Assembly: GCF_964204645.1 (NCBI RefSeq) | Contig: NC_134030.1 | Location: forward strand, 22,714,210 to 22,778,209 | Length of the DNA stretch: 64,000 nt | DNA from: Tubulanus polymorphus | Taxonomy: Eukaryota > Animalia > Nemertea | Direction of reading: 5' to 3' | Translations under genes and position numbers: made by a program | The notes under the pieces: model-generated | What the model was told of the DNA's origin: nothing | Databases searched by the model: none | The model's input: only the letters and a program-made list of their open reading frames with translations | In this document: positions 49,176 to 61,100 of the stretch, piece by piece | How positions within the stretch are numbered: the stretch's first letter is position 1 | Layout of the letters: every line of letters begins with the position of its first letter

Positions 49176-52100
49176 ATGAAGAATCTATGGAGGAATCTGC
49201 AGCAGTTTAAATTGATATGCGTGATTTTACTGTTGATTCTGATCCCGTACAGCAACAGGTCACACGCGTTTAGACTCAAGAGAAATACAGGTAAGACTTG
49301 AAAGAACATATCACAGTTATCTATAGAAAATATATTACATAAGATAAAACCTATCACCAGACTGGAAACTTTTATTTGAAATTTCTAGGACAAAATGATA
49401 ATAGTTCAACCACTTGAACTGATAACACGTGATTCAAATAAAAGACCCGTTTACCTCAAACATTTTAACTGTTATTTTGTCTTCTAAATGATGAGTCATC
49501 TAAATGTGGATCAATTTTGAAAATTCATTTCTTATTCGGCAAGTGCAATTATTTATCAATTTAGGGATCAATTTTACCCTTTATTGATCAGTGACTTGAT
49601 ACGTATTTCATTACAAATTGTCGGCTTAATCGTTACAATTAATTTGAATATTGACTTAGACAACATCACAGGATACAGTCTTATAAATGACAGACATTTT
49701 GTGTGTATATTAGATTTTAAAAACCTCAAATCAGATGATAGTTCATTTATAGACAAGCCTTTAAACTGTGAAAATTCTATATTACAAGATAATTTCTTTT
49801 TTACTGAGGTCAGAGGCTGCAGTTGCTGTTAAGGTTGGTTAAAAGTTACCAAGAATATTACATATATTGTGTATTTGATATTTCAGCACCTGATGGAGTT
49901 GTACTGGACAGTGTGAATGTATTACCGGGTACTAGAATATTACGTATATTGTGTATTTGATATTTCAGCACCTGATGGAGTTGTACTGGACAGTGTGAAT
50001 GTATTACCGGGTACAAGAATATTACGGATATTGTGTATTTGATATTTCAGCACCTGATGGAGTTGTACTGGACAGTGTGAATGTATTACCGGGTACAAGA
50101 ATATTACGTATATTGTGTATTTGATATTTCAGCACCTGATGGAGTTGTACTGGACAGTGTGAATGTATTACCGGGTACAAGAATATTACGTATATTGTGT
50201 ATTTGATATTTCAGCACCTGATGGAGTTGTACTGAACAGTGTGAATGTATTACCGGGTACACCTATGTTACTGTCGCAGGAAGGTAAAACTGTTAGTATT
50301 ACCTGTAAACAGAGCAGCTCTACAGCGACTGGTGTTGAATTCCAGCTACAAGTGAACAGTGGACCAGGAGGGACCTGGACTGCATTACCTACACCACCAG
50401 CACCAGTTTGGAATATTTTACCTGAGGCTGGTAAAATGTATAAATGTGTGGCCACTAATTCTGCTGGAAAGAAAGAAAGTCAATTCTACCAATCAGATGT
50501 GATCAGTAAGTAATGCGTTCATCTACGTACGTTATAAGACTTTCAGAGGTATCTTGGTTTGAATCTGAAATAAAGAGTTTTCACAGTTTGACATCTGAAT
50601 TCATCTTTGATTAACATCAGTTGCATTCGCGCAACTAGAAATTTACGCGCAGTATCGCCGGAACAAAACAATCATATCTTGTGATGCAACCACGTTTTCA
50701 CACGTGTTTTCGATAAAGGGTGGCTCCAACTACATGTAAATCATGACAATAGGAGCTAAAAGATGGTCTCAGTATTTGTTAGACTGGTCGCCTGTCCAAT
50801 ACTGCGCCACCTGCTTATTCGTAGTCAGAATCTAACTGAAGGTAGAGACCGGCAACCAGTCTTCATTACTAACGCAATTGTGGAAACTTAATTTAGGTTG
50901 TTGTTGATTGTTGATTTTCATGTTTATAACAATATTTCACAACTATCGAAATCTTTTGATTTTTGAATCACTTTTCTTTAGAGTCTAAACTTTTCTTTAG
51001 TTTTGAAGAACAAAAAGATGTATAATGTGTTAGTTCATATATTACAGGTATAAAGATACGTGAAAACCCGTGTAAACTGGCTCAATTCCAACCATCACTG
51101 GCTTGTACTTGTGAAGCCACTAGTAAGATTGGTAATCCAAACATCAAAGTAAAATGGTATGCCGATGGATATACTAGAGGTTCAACGGCTATTGAAAATA
51201 TAAGAGAGCAAGGGGTAAATACTGCGCTGAAAGATGGAGTTATCAACAGAAATGAGATTTATTATCTATACAAGATTGACGCAACATTGATTCAATGTCA
51301 GTTGAGGAGATATAATGGTTTAATACTACCGAGACCGCTTCAAAATCAAATTCTTTATGAAACAAAAATGGATGTTACGTGTAAGTAAGAAAAGAAAAAC
51401 AGTGAGTTATTTTTATATAATATCAGACAGGAGTCAGGAGTGAGTTTAGGACATTTGTACGGGGTGTCCGCGTATGAATGTCCCTGTGTTACGTTGCGTG
51501 ACGGTCAAAAGTTATGTTTTCGATCACCCGTTCACAATTAAACATTTCATTAAGAAAGTAAGATAGTTACAACAAAATCTACCAAGTGAAATATTTTTCC
51601 ATATTCAATAGACGAATTTCTTCACATAAATTAAGGTTTTAAACTGATCCAGTTTAAACGTGAAAAGAATTAGAATGATTGAATATCTAGTTAATGAAAT
51701 CCAAATAAATACTTAATGTACATTCAGATTTTCCTGATGAAATTCAAACACGAGGTACTTTCACCGGAGAACCTGACATTAGAACCGAAGGAGAAGTTGT
51801 AGAATATATTTGTAGAACAGAAGGTGGGAGGCCCGATCCTACAGTGATATACCAACAGAAGAGAAGAGGTTCTGAACAATGGGAGCCAATTCCTCCTGAT
51901 CCACAACCTCGTAAAGTACCTCTTAAAGGGCATTTAAAAGGTTTTGACACGACGTACAAGTTTAAAGCTGATTTCAAACTGCACAATGGAACGTCATTTC
52001 GATGCGCTGTAAAGGAGAACCTTACGTTTCCAGAACCTCAGCAATTTAATCCAATTATTGTTCATTGTAAGTAACAGATTTATTCGTCGAATTTGAAAAA

Positions 52101-55100
52101 TCCTTAGAATAACAGTTTTTCTAGCCCCAGTCCTAGTAGACCTATCTACCCTGAGCATATGTCTTGATGCTATTAGGTTCGAATCCCTGCGTGGTATAGT
52201 CTCTGATTTCATCAGGTTCGACTCCCTGCTGAGGATGATGGGTCTACTATTACAGGGGTTTAGAACTCCGCAAGGGCAGATATTTGTAACAACTTTGACT
52301 TTTACTTTTATCAGATTTTGCACCAGATTGCAAGAAATCCAGTGAAAATGAAACAAATGCAGCGTATATTGTAACAGTTAATAGTAACCCATTGACTCAA
52401 CAAGTTACATGTGACCCTCCAGCTGTCGTTCAAAAACTATCAACCTATCAGTGGAATATAACGATACCTATCGTAAACAGTACCACAACTGACTATAGAG
52501 GGCGGTGTTTGGCTGACGGTATTAATGAAGGGGTCATTGATGTCGCTGGTTATCATAACGCCGGTAAAACTGATGAAGCAGGTAAGATTCTGCGTCAGAA
52601 CTGGATGAATTGTATCTGAATCTGAACAAATGATTTAGGTCCGGATGCAACATGATAAGAACTGTTAACATCTCATGTCGTCGTAGGAAAAGTCATTATA
52701 TTCACCTGAATTAACACTTTTAATTCTCGGGTCTCAATTTGAAAGTTTTAGCTTCGATTTAATTGCTGTTACAATAGAATAGCATAATAGCTTATCATGA
52801 TTTAATAAAGATTTCTGATTTGTTTAAATTTCAGTTCAAGAAGATGAGAATGGAGGAATAGTAGTGTTTGGTGCTGTAATCGGTAAATTACTGATATTAG
52901 TGATGATATTACTGATTCCGATAATACTGTTTATAATGTGGCGTCGTGGCTGCTGTAAGTTTTACAAGAAACCATCATTAAACCTTAAAAAAACACAATG
53001 ATACAAAATAATGAAATATTGTTTTTTATGGGCGTTACTTCCACTGACTGAACTCTCGAAAGTAAATGAAGAAACAGCAACAAAAATATCTCTTCCACAT
53101 ATCGAGGTTCCGTTGAAAGTTCCTCCTAAAAAGTTCACCAAACGAACAGTTTAACAAGAATATAACGCAGTATCATAAGTTCAGTTGTCGCCTCAAAATC
53201 AATCACAGCATCATCCATTTTCTCTGGTGGATCAATTGGTTAGGTTTTGTTGTGTGTCAGGTAAACGTGCATCATGTAGGACAAACAGTATTTCTGTTTT
53301 CTAATTCACAGTCACGTGTTTGTGTCCGAAACCTGAAGATGCGATTGAATTGTTGCGTTGGACAAGTGAAACCTGGTATAAAAAAGGTAAGATTCTCTCA
53401 CATGATTTACTGCACATATTCTCAGATATCGGTTTGATAATTTTAGGTGTTGTTTTCTCTTTGTAGATCATGAGAATTGGGTGAAAACACGTGACCAACT
53501 GCAGCCAGGTATTTACAGAACAGTTAACCCTTTATTTCCATAACATATAGAATTTCTTTGCACGAACACAGTACCTGATGCCCTAATGTAATGAAGCAGT
53601 ACATGTTGTTTATAATAATCGCTGTAAATGATACAGGATGATGGTTTTTCATTTATATATTTGTAGCTGGAGACTTTGAGGTCATTGACACATTCAGTCC
53701 ATGTATAATAATAAAATTGTTTATTTATCAATCAACTATTTGCTTGTGAGGTCAGTGAATTCATTTGGAACTTGATTTACTATGAATTATCTTTCATTTC
53801 GTTTATAGAAACTGTTAGAATAATTGTCGATGTTTACGGAACTGAGAATGATTGGATGATAACGAGAGATAAGGATAAACAAGGTAAGAGTAGTGAGTGG
53901 TAAGAGTAGTGTTGACTCAGTTGCCAGGGGAAGTGCAGAACCGACTGATTGGTATCTTGTAACCCTACACACCACACTGTCTCTAAATATGACACTTCTG
54001 CCTCCTATCTTCATCCAGCAGTAATTCAAACTGTTTGATGCACAGTTTATTTGACTATTGAACAAATAATTTCTATATTTCATTTCAGCAATAGCTATCA
54101 GAGAATTCCTGTTCCAACAGTTATCATATGATCAAAGTAAGTTATTGTTTACCTAGAGTTAAAGTTCATGTACAAGTTTACATGTACATGTGTGTTATGC
54201 GAAAATGTACATGTGTGTTATGTTAACATGTACATGTGAGTTATATGAACATGTACATGTGTGTTATGCGAAAATATACATGTGAGTTATGTGAACATGT
54301 ACATGTGAGTTATGTTGCGCATGTTAATGTTGCGTACATGTGCGTAATACACAAACATATACATGTACGCGTTATTCAAAAGAACATATTCAGTTTTGTT
54401 AGCATGCACATGTGAGTTCTGTTGACATGTTTAGTTAACAGGTACTTGTGATTTGTTAACATAGATTTAAGTTTAAGTTTAAGTTCATTTACGGTACATG
54501 TTCAGATGCACGTGTGAGTTGTCAGTTTAATCATTTCAGTTTTAACATGTACTTGTAAGCAAGCATTGTGTTCAGTCAACACAAGTTTCATCAATGTTTA
54601 TATATTTTCAGGTATGTTAAATTTGGTGAAAGAAATTCTAAGTAAGTATGACATTTCGGTATTTTATCAACTCAACTTCAACTCGAATCATCGATTCAAA
54701 TGTGTTTGTTATTATTTATTGACAGGAAAATACGCGAGAATAAACGATTTAAAAACGGAACTATCAAATGAGATCGGTAAGATTTGATTGAATTCAGTTA
54801 TTGATTTATGAGTTTATTGATTATTATTCTACTGTCAACTCATTTTGTAAATGTATTACAGATACATTACTGAACATGAAGAGGTCAATAGATGGCGCTG
54901 ATGCAGTTTACAATAGAGATGAAGGTATCGTTATTATTCACTGTTTGATAGATCATTTTGTACAGCTATACACCCATCTATGCACCCTTCTGGAAATATG
55001 GAAAATCTGATTTGAAAAGATGGCAGTCGTTTAGGTTTTGATTGGTCTCTACCGATTTCAAAATTCCTTTCTGGCGTGTTCATTTCGACCAGTATACGCC

Positions 55101-58100
55101 CTACCTATTCACGATAAGCTATACTGTAAACCTGATAGAAGCGGCCGGTAGAGAGTTTGTAATCTGTAAACCTGATAGAAGCGGCCGGTAGAGAGTTTGT
55201 AATCTGTAAACCTGATAGAAGCGGCCGGTAGAGAGTTTGTAATCTGTAAACCTGATAGAAGCGGCCGGTAGAGAGTTTGTAATCTGTAAACCTGATAGAA
55301 GCGGCCCCGGTAGAGAGTTTGTAATCTGTAAACCCGATAGAAGCGGCCCCGGTAGAGAGTTTGTAATCTGTAAACCCGATAGAAGCGGCCCCGGTAGAGA
55401 GTTTGTAATCTGTAAACCTGATAGAAGCGGCCCCGGTAGAGAGTTTGTAATCTGTAAACCTGATAGAAGCGGCCCCGGTAGAGAGTTTGTAATCTGTAAA
55501 CCTGATAGAAGCGGCCGGTAGAGAGTTTGTAATCTGTAAACCTGATAAAAGCGACCGGTAGAGAGTTTGTAATCTGTAAACCTGATAGAAGCGACCGGTA
55601 GACAGTTTGTAATCTGTAAACCTGATAGAAGCGGCCGCTAGAGAGTTTGTAATCTGTAAACCTGATAGAAGCGGCCGGTAGAGAGTTTGTATTCTGTAAA
55701 CCTGTACCAGTCTATAGAACCGGGTTATAGCAATTGTGAGACACATTAATTCAATTAAATTAGTGGTAATAAACAGCATAAAACAGTAGCAATCCATCTT
55801 GTAAATGTTCCATCCTCAACGAATAAAACAGCATACAACCTTTGTTCTAAATAGACCCATGATCCGACGAAAAACCTGATTGCTTCAAGTGTTTCATGTT
55901 TTAACGTGTTTCAGATGAAGTTCATGTTAGTTTTATGACGCAATTGAATGAAGAGAAAAGACCCCTGACAAACAAAGAGAAAGGGTTCATCACAGATGGT
56001 CAGTAAAACTATGAATTCTATCTCTGAGTTCCAGTTTGTTGTTTGCGCACAGCGAATTGCCAACGAGTTTTAAAAGTGCTTTATTCTGACACAAAATATC
56101 AATTTTCACTGAAAATGCATTTTGAAATATGTCTTCAAATAGTTAGCAAAATGAAGCAAGTGCTTAAAGAGCTACTACTCTGTGTCAATCACTGAGCTTT
56201 TACTGTAAGCTAAAAACATTCTAAATATTTAGTTTTTCTAAGTTTTAAATCCCCAGTAAACGGTTATTATGAATGTCTATATTTTCAGTTGCTTCAGCAG
56301 TTGATGCTAAAGTTGATTTTTTTGCTAAAATGTCCGGTAGGTTCCATAAATCATTTCAGTAAAAATACTGTGGAGTTTGTTGTGGAATCATTGAATAATT
56401 GATAGTGTTTATTTTTACTGTAGATGCTGAATTATGTGAACGAGGAATATTCAACATAAAACGTAGGTTTTAATTCTCATTTATCCTCGACTGAGTTTAT
56501 AAATACATGTGCTCTATAATCTACTGTACATGTAGATTTTATCTGTACATGTACATGCGTAAACCGTTCGTGTACATGTGGGTTCTCTGTACATGTGCAT
56601 ATGAGTTATCGTAACTAGTGAGTTCTGTGCTTATCACTTTCGTTATATTTCAGCTACTGTTGAAATTGCTGGTAAGTTATAATATTCACTATGATGTTTA
56701 AACTGGTGCTGATTCTGTTCAATTATAACTGAAATATCACTGTATCTTTTTATAGAAAAGTTTGTTAAGGAAGCACTTGATAAAGAAGTTAAACAACAGA
56801 ATGGTGAGTGTTTAGTTAATCTAGGAATCTATGAGGAAGGGGCTGACAACTATGAACTGATTACAAATTATACATATTTTGTCTAATTACAGGAAAACTC
56901 GTCACACAAATAGAAAACCAGAAAGTAACTGATGAAACAAAGACAGGTTTGTTACCAGAAAATCTGATTATCATAATTTATCCATGATTTATTCAAATAT
57001 TGTCAATGAATCTTCTTTATTTAACTATCTACTGGTACTGAAAACATGTACTTAGAAATTTACCCCGCGATATGAATATCTTTATGGTTGGTATTACAGA
57101 AATGGGAGTGGCCGACTGGGACCGTTTTGTGAACAAAGATATTTGTGGTAAGACTGAAAATGTTATTCTTTCATAATTTGTCACGCTTTGTAATTAATCG
57201 TTTCGTTAATGAGAAATCCGATGTACAATAAAACCAGCTAGACCCGGTAATGTGCAACAATTGGCAACGTTGTCAAAATTCATCCGCTTTGTGGGAAATT
57301 TAAGGTTTAATAATACCCGGTTAATCCAGATGTATTTGGATGAAATTCTAGTTTGAACTGATCTGATCAATATTCATGTTATTCTATTCATGTATTCATT
57401 TGTAGAATCAGTTTTATTGGCGTCAAGTTCGCAGAAATTAGAAGAGAACAAACATTCTACAGAACTAGATAAAAGTAAGTTTAAACTTTCTTTGTCCCTA
57501 GAAATAAATTTACAGAGTATTTGATGACCATGAATTGAAGATGAAATTTATCGATGTCATCAGATTATCAGAGGCATCTGTTTTGATTCAGAACCAGGTT
57601 TTAGCTGAAAGTTTGTATCGACGTGAATAATCTTCAGACCGAGTTCATCGTAGATGATTAAAATCAGTTGTGTTTAAACGCAAAAAGTTAAGCAATATCA
57701 TCGTACAAAATCAATAGAAACCATGTTTTGAATGTCATGCATATATCGAATGAGATGGTTCCGATAATATCCAAATCAGATCATCACCAGAGGATGGCTC
57801 CGAGTGATTTCTGTCAAAAATGTCTGCACATTTTGGGAAACTACTTTTTTGTGATTAGTTTATTTCATTGTTTAACTATATTTTCAGGTATTTGTGAAAT
57901 AAGCCGAGATGTTTTAGGTAAGAACTAAATAATAGTAACAAACTATAAAAATCGAGGTCTAGGGTCGAGAGCAGACGCTTAAAAAGAAATTATGAGAAAC
58001 TTTAAAGGGATTTTTTGTCCCTTTCGTTATTTTCTGATGATTGAATTGAAGTTTTATCAGATACTATTTGAAAAGAGGTTTAGAATAGAAGTAGTGATGT

Positions 58101-61100
58101 CACTGAATTGCTGTGTTTGATCAAAGCCGATTTTGATTCGTTTTCTATTTTTTCAGAAATTAAATTGAGAATCGCAGTTTTCGAATCTATCAAAGGTAAG
58201 AGGTTTATGTATGGATTGCATCACAATCAGCAGGGTTTATTCCATCATTTTCCAAGATTCAAAATGAGCTCAATTTTTTCCTGCAACTCAATTTCAGTTC
58301 TGATGTCATTTTCATGATAATGTTTAGAATTGTTTCATGTTAATTCATATTTACGAATAACTTATAGAATTGTACGCTGGACGAGCTGAAAGATTTCAGA
58401 AAGAACTCAAAGAGAAACTGAAACAAGTGGAAAATGAGGAGGAATTGAACAGAATAATTCACAGTTCAGTTTGTCAGGCGTTTAAATATATCACTGATAT
58501 GGATGAAAGTAAATATCGATTTTATATCTCAAATTATACATTCACTTAACATGTCACATATTATGTGTGAATGAATGCTCATGTAACATGTTCATGTGAA
58601 TGAATGCACATGTAAAATGTTCATGTAAATGAATTCACATGTAACATGTTACATGTGAATGAATGCACATGTTACATGTTGGTTTTCTGATATATTTCAG
58701 AAACTCTGATGGATAATGAAGTTGTAGGATATGGAGGTTTGTATATAATTCAACTTTTTCAATCACAAACCAGTTTTCATTAAAAAATGTGTTTTATTTT
58801 CTCTATTTATATTTCAGTGAGTCCAAAAGAGATAAGTGAGTTCTGATTGATATTTATAAATATTCTCAGTACACTAGACTGCGCGCTTGCCTCTGATTTC
58901 ATGTTGTAGTTCGTCATATTTACCTGTTTATAAGTTGTTTGTGATGTCAGTGATTTTCTATATTGATAGATTCTAAACTACATGAATTAGCCGATAAAGA
59001 GTTTGAAGATAAGAAAGGTACTGTACACATAACAAAGTGCGAAATTCAACGTGTTTTATGTTTTAAATCTCATTGATTATTATCAATGTTTATTATAGTC
59101 GGTGAATTTAATCTAATAAAGACACCTGAAGAAATAGTAACTCTAACACTGAATATACCGGCACAACTCAGCACTGGTAAGTGACTATACAGTGAAGTGT
59201 TACTGAAAAGTTGAGAATCTGGCAAATCGGTTTATTACAAATTTAATGTGTTCTTAAACTGTTAGAATTTCATTTAATTTTTGTAGATTTGTATTCAGCT
59301 GAACGAGATCCAGTTATTTTATGGGACCGAGCAGGTATTGTATAAGTCTGTTATAAATCTAACCTGTTTAATGCCACTGATCTCACCATGTATTTCATCG
59401 GTCCCAACAGTGGCATTATGAAAGACTTTTTCTGTGATAACGGAATTTTTAGCTTCTTAGGAGCATTAGCCTTGAATATTCTGCAACTGATCTTTGTCCC
59501 TGAGAAGATGGTTAACTCTTGTTTTTATGTGAATTTCAGTGGAATATTTCAAGGATGAATTCATTAGCGCAATACAATCTGATGAATCATTGAAAACTAC
59601 TACTCGAACTGCTTTAGATAACAGTAAGTTACATCTACAGTAAACTACATTTACATCTACAGTAAACTACATTTACATCTACAGTAAACTACATTTACAT
59701 CTACAGTAAACTACATTTATATCTACAGTAAACTACATTTACATCTACAGTAAACTACATTTACATCTACAGTAAACTACATTTACATCTACAGTAAACT
59801 ACATTTACATCTACAGTAAACTACATTTACATCTACAGTAAACTACATTTACATCTACAGTAAACTACATTTACATCTACAGTAAACTACATTTATATCT
59901 ACAGTAAACTACATTTACATCTACAGTAAACTACATTTACATCTACAGTAAACTACATTTACATCTACAGTAAACTACATTTACATCTACAGTAAACTAA
60001 ATTTACATCCGCAGTAAACTACATTTACATCTACAACAAACTACATTTACATCTACAATTAGATACATTTATTCACTAAGATTTTCAATCATTGAAATTT
60101 GTTTGTGGTTTTTTGAAGAATCAAGCAACATCAACGATTTGTTGAGGAAAGAAAACTCGAAAGGTGAAATTGTCTCATGAAACGTGGATAAGACGTTTGT
60201 TTTTACGAACCGAATAATTACACTGTGTAAAATGATTCAAACGTTGTCTTCTATTTTCAGTTGTTGATAGAATTTATGATGATGTGAAAAACAGAATAAA
60301 ATCAATATCTACCGGTTTGTATTTTAATAATTTACTATCAATTCTTATATTTGCATCTAACAATTCTTGCATCTGTATTTAAATAGTTTATTATCAATAC
60401 TTGCATTTTAATGTGAGATATATTTCCTCCTGTTGAGGTTTTTTTCATATCGTATATCATAATATATCCTCATATGCATATTATGTCATATACCACTAGC
60501 ATATACAATTGCATCAATCATGTATATCATATATCAGTTATCTCATCACATCATATCACATATCATACCATTTATGCTTTTAAAACGTAATTTTGAAGGT
60601 GATAATTTTCATTTCATTTTTCATCACGGATTGATTTATTTGTATTTCTATTTGTGATTTCAGAGGAATTAAAGGAACGAGGAATCGTAGCTTATAGAAG
60701 TGAGTGAAATTTCGCAGTTTTGAGTTGCCCTAACCCGTAACCTTTACCCTAATTAAATTATTAGACTCGTTACCTGTATATTCCTAACACCAAACTCCTA
60801 ACACTGAGACTGAACTAAATTCAACCGTAGTTAAAGTTAACTGTATGAATTGACCTGTTTAGATCTACTCAATATTTGAATTATTGTTGTTTTCTGTTTT
60901 TCAGTAAAAGATGAAACAGCGAGTAAGTACTGATAACAACTTACACGTTAAAGTCTACATAAATAGATTTATAAAATGATATAAGTTATGTTTTAATAGC
61001 TGTTAAATCCAATGAAACTGCTCATAGTAATTTACAGATGATGAAATACTTCCTTCAAGAGAAAGGGTGGTAAAAGAATAATATGTTTCACTCTCCCTGC

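Noticed and set aside
55124-55703. CRISPR-like array of 40-bp repeats (also considered 49851-50260 and 59629-60057)
   Set aside because: The units are contiguous with no unique spacers, there are no cas genes, and all lie in introns of a eukaryotic gene.
55105-55797. 230-aa minus-strand ORF
   Set aside because: Translation of the 40/42-bp minisatellite, antisense within an intron.
61000-61070. Additional micro-exon of receptor B
   Set aside because: AG and GT candidates near 61069 do not give a convincing phase 1-1 exon, and 60922 joins 61130 in frame without it.
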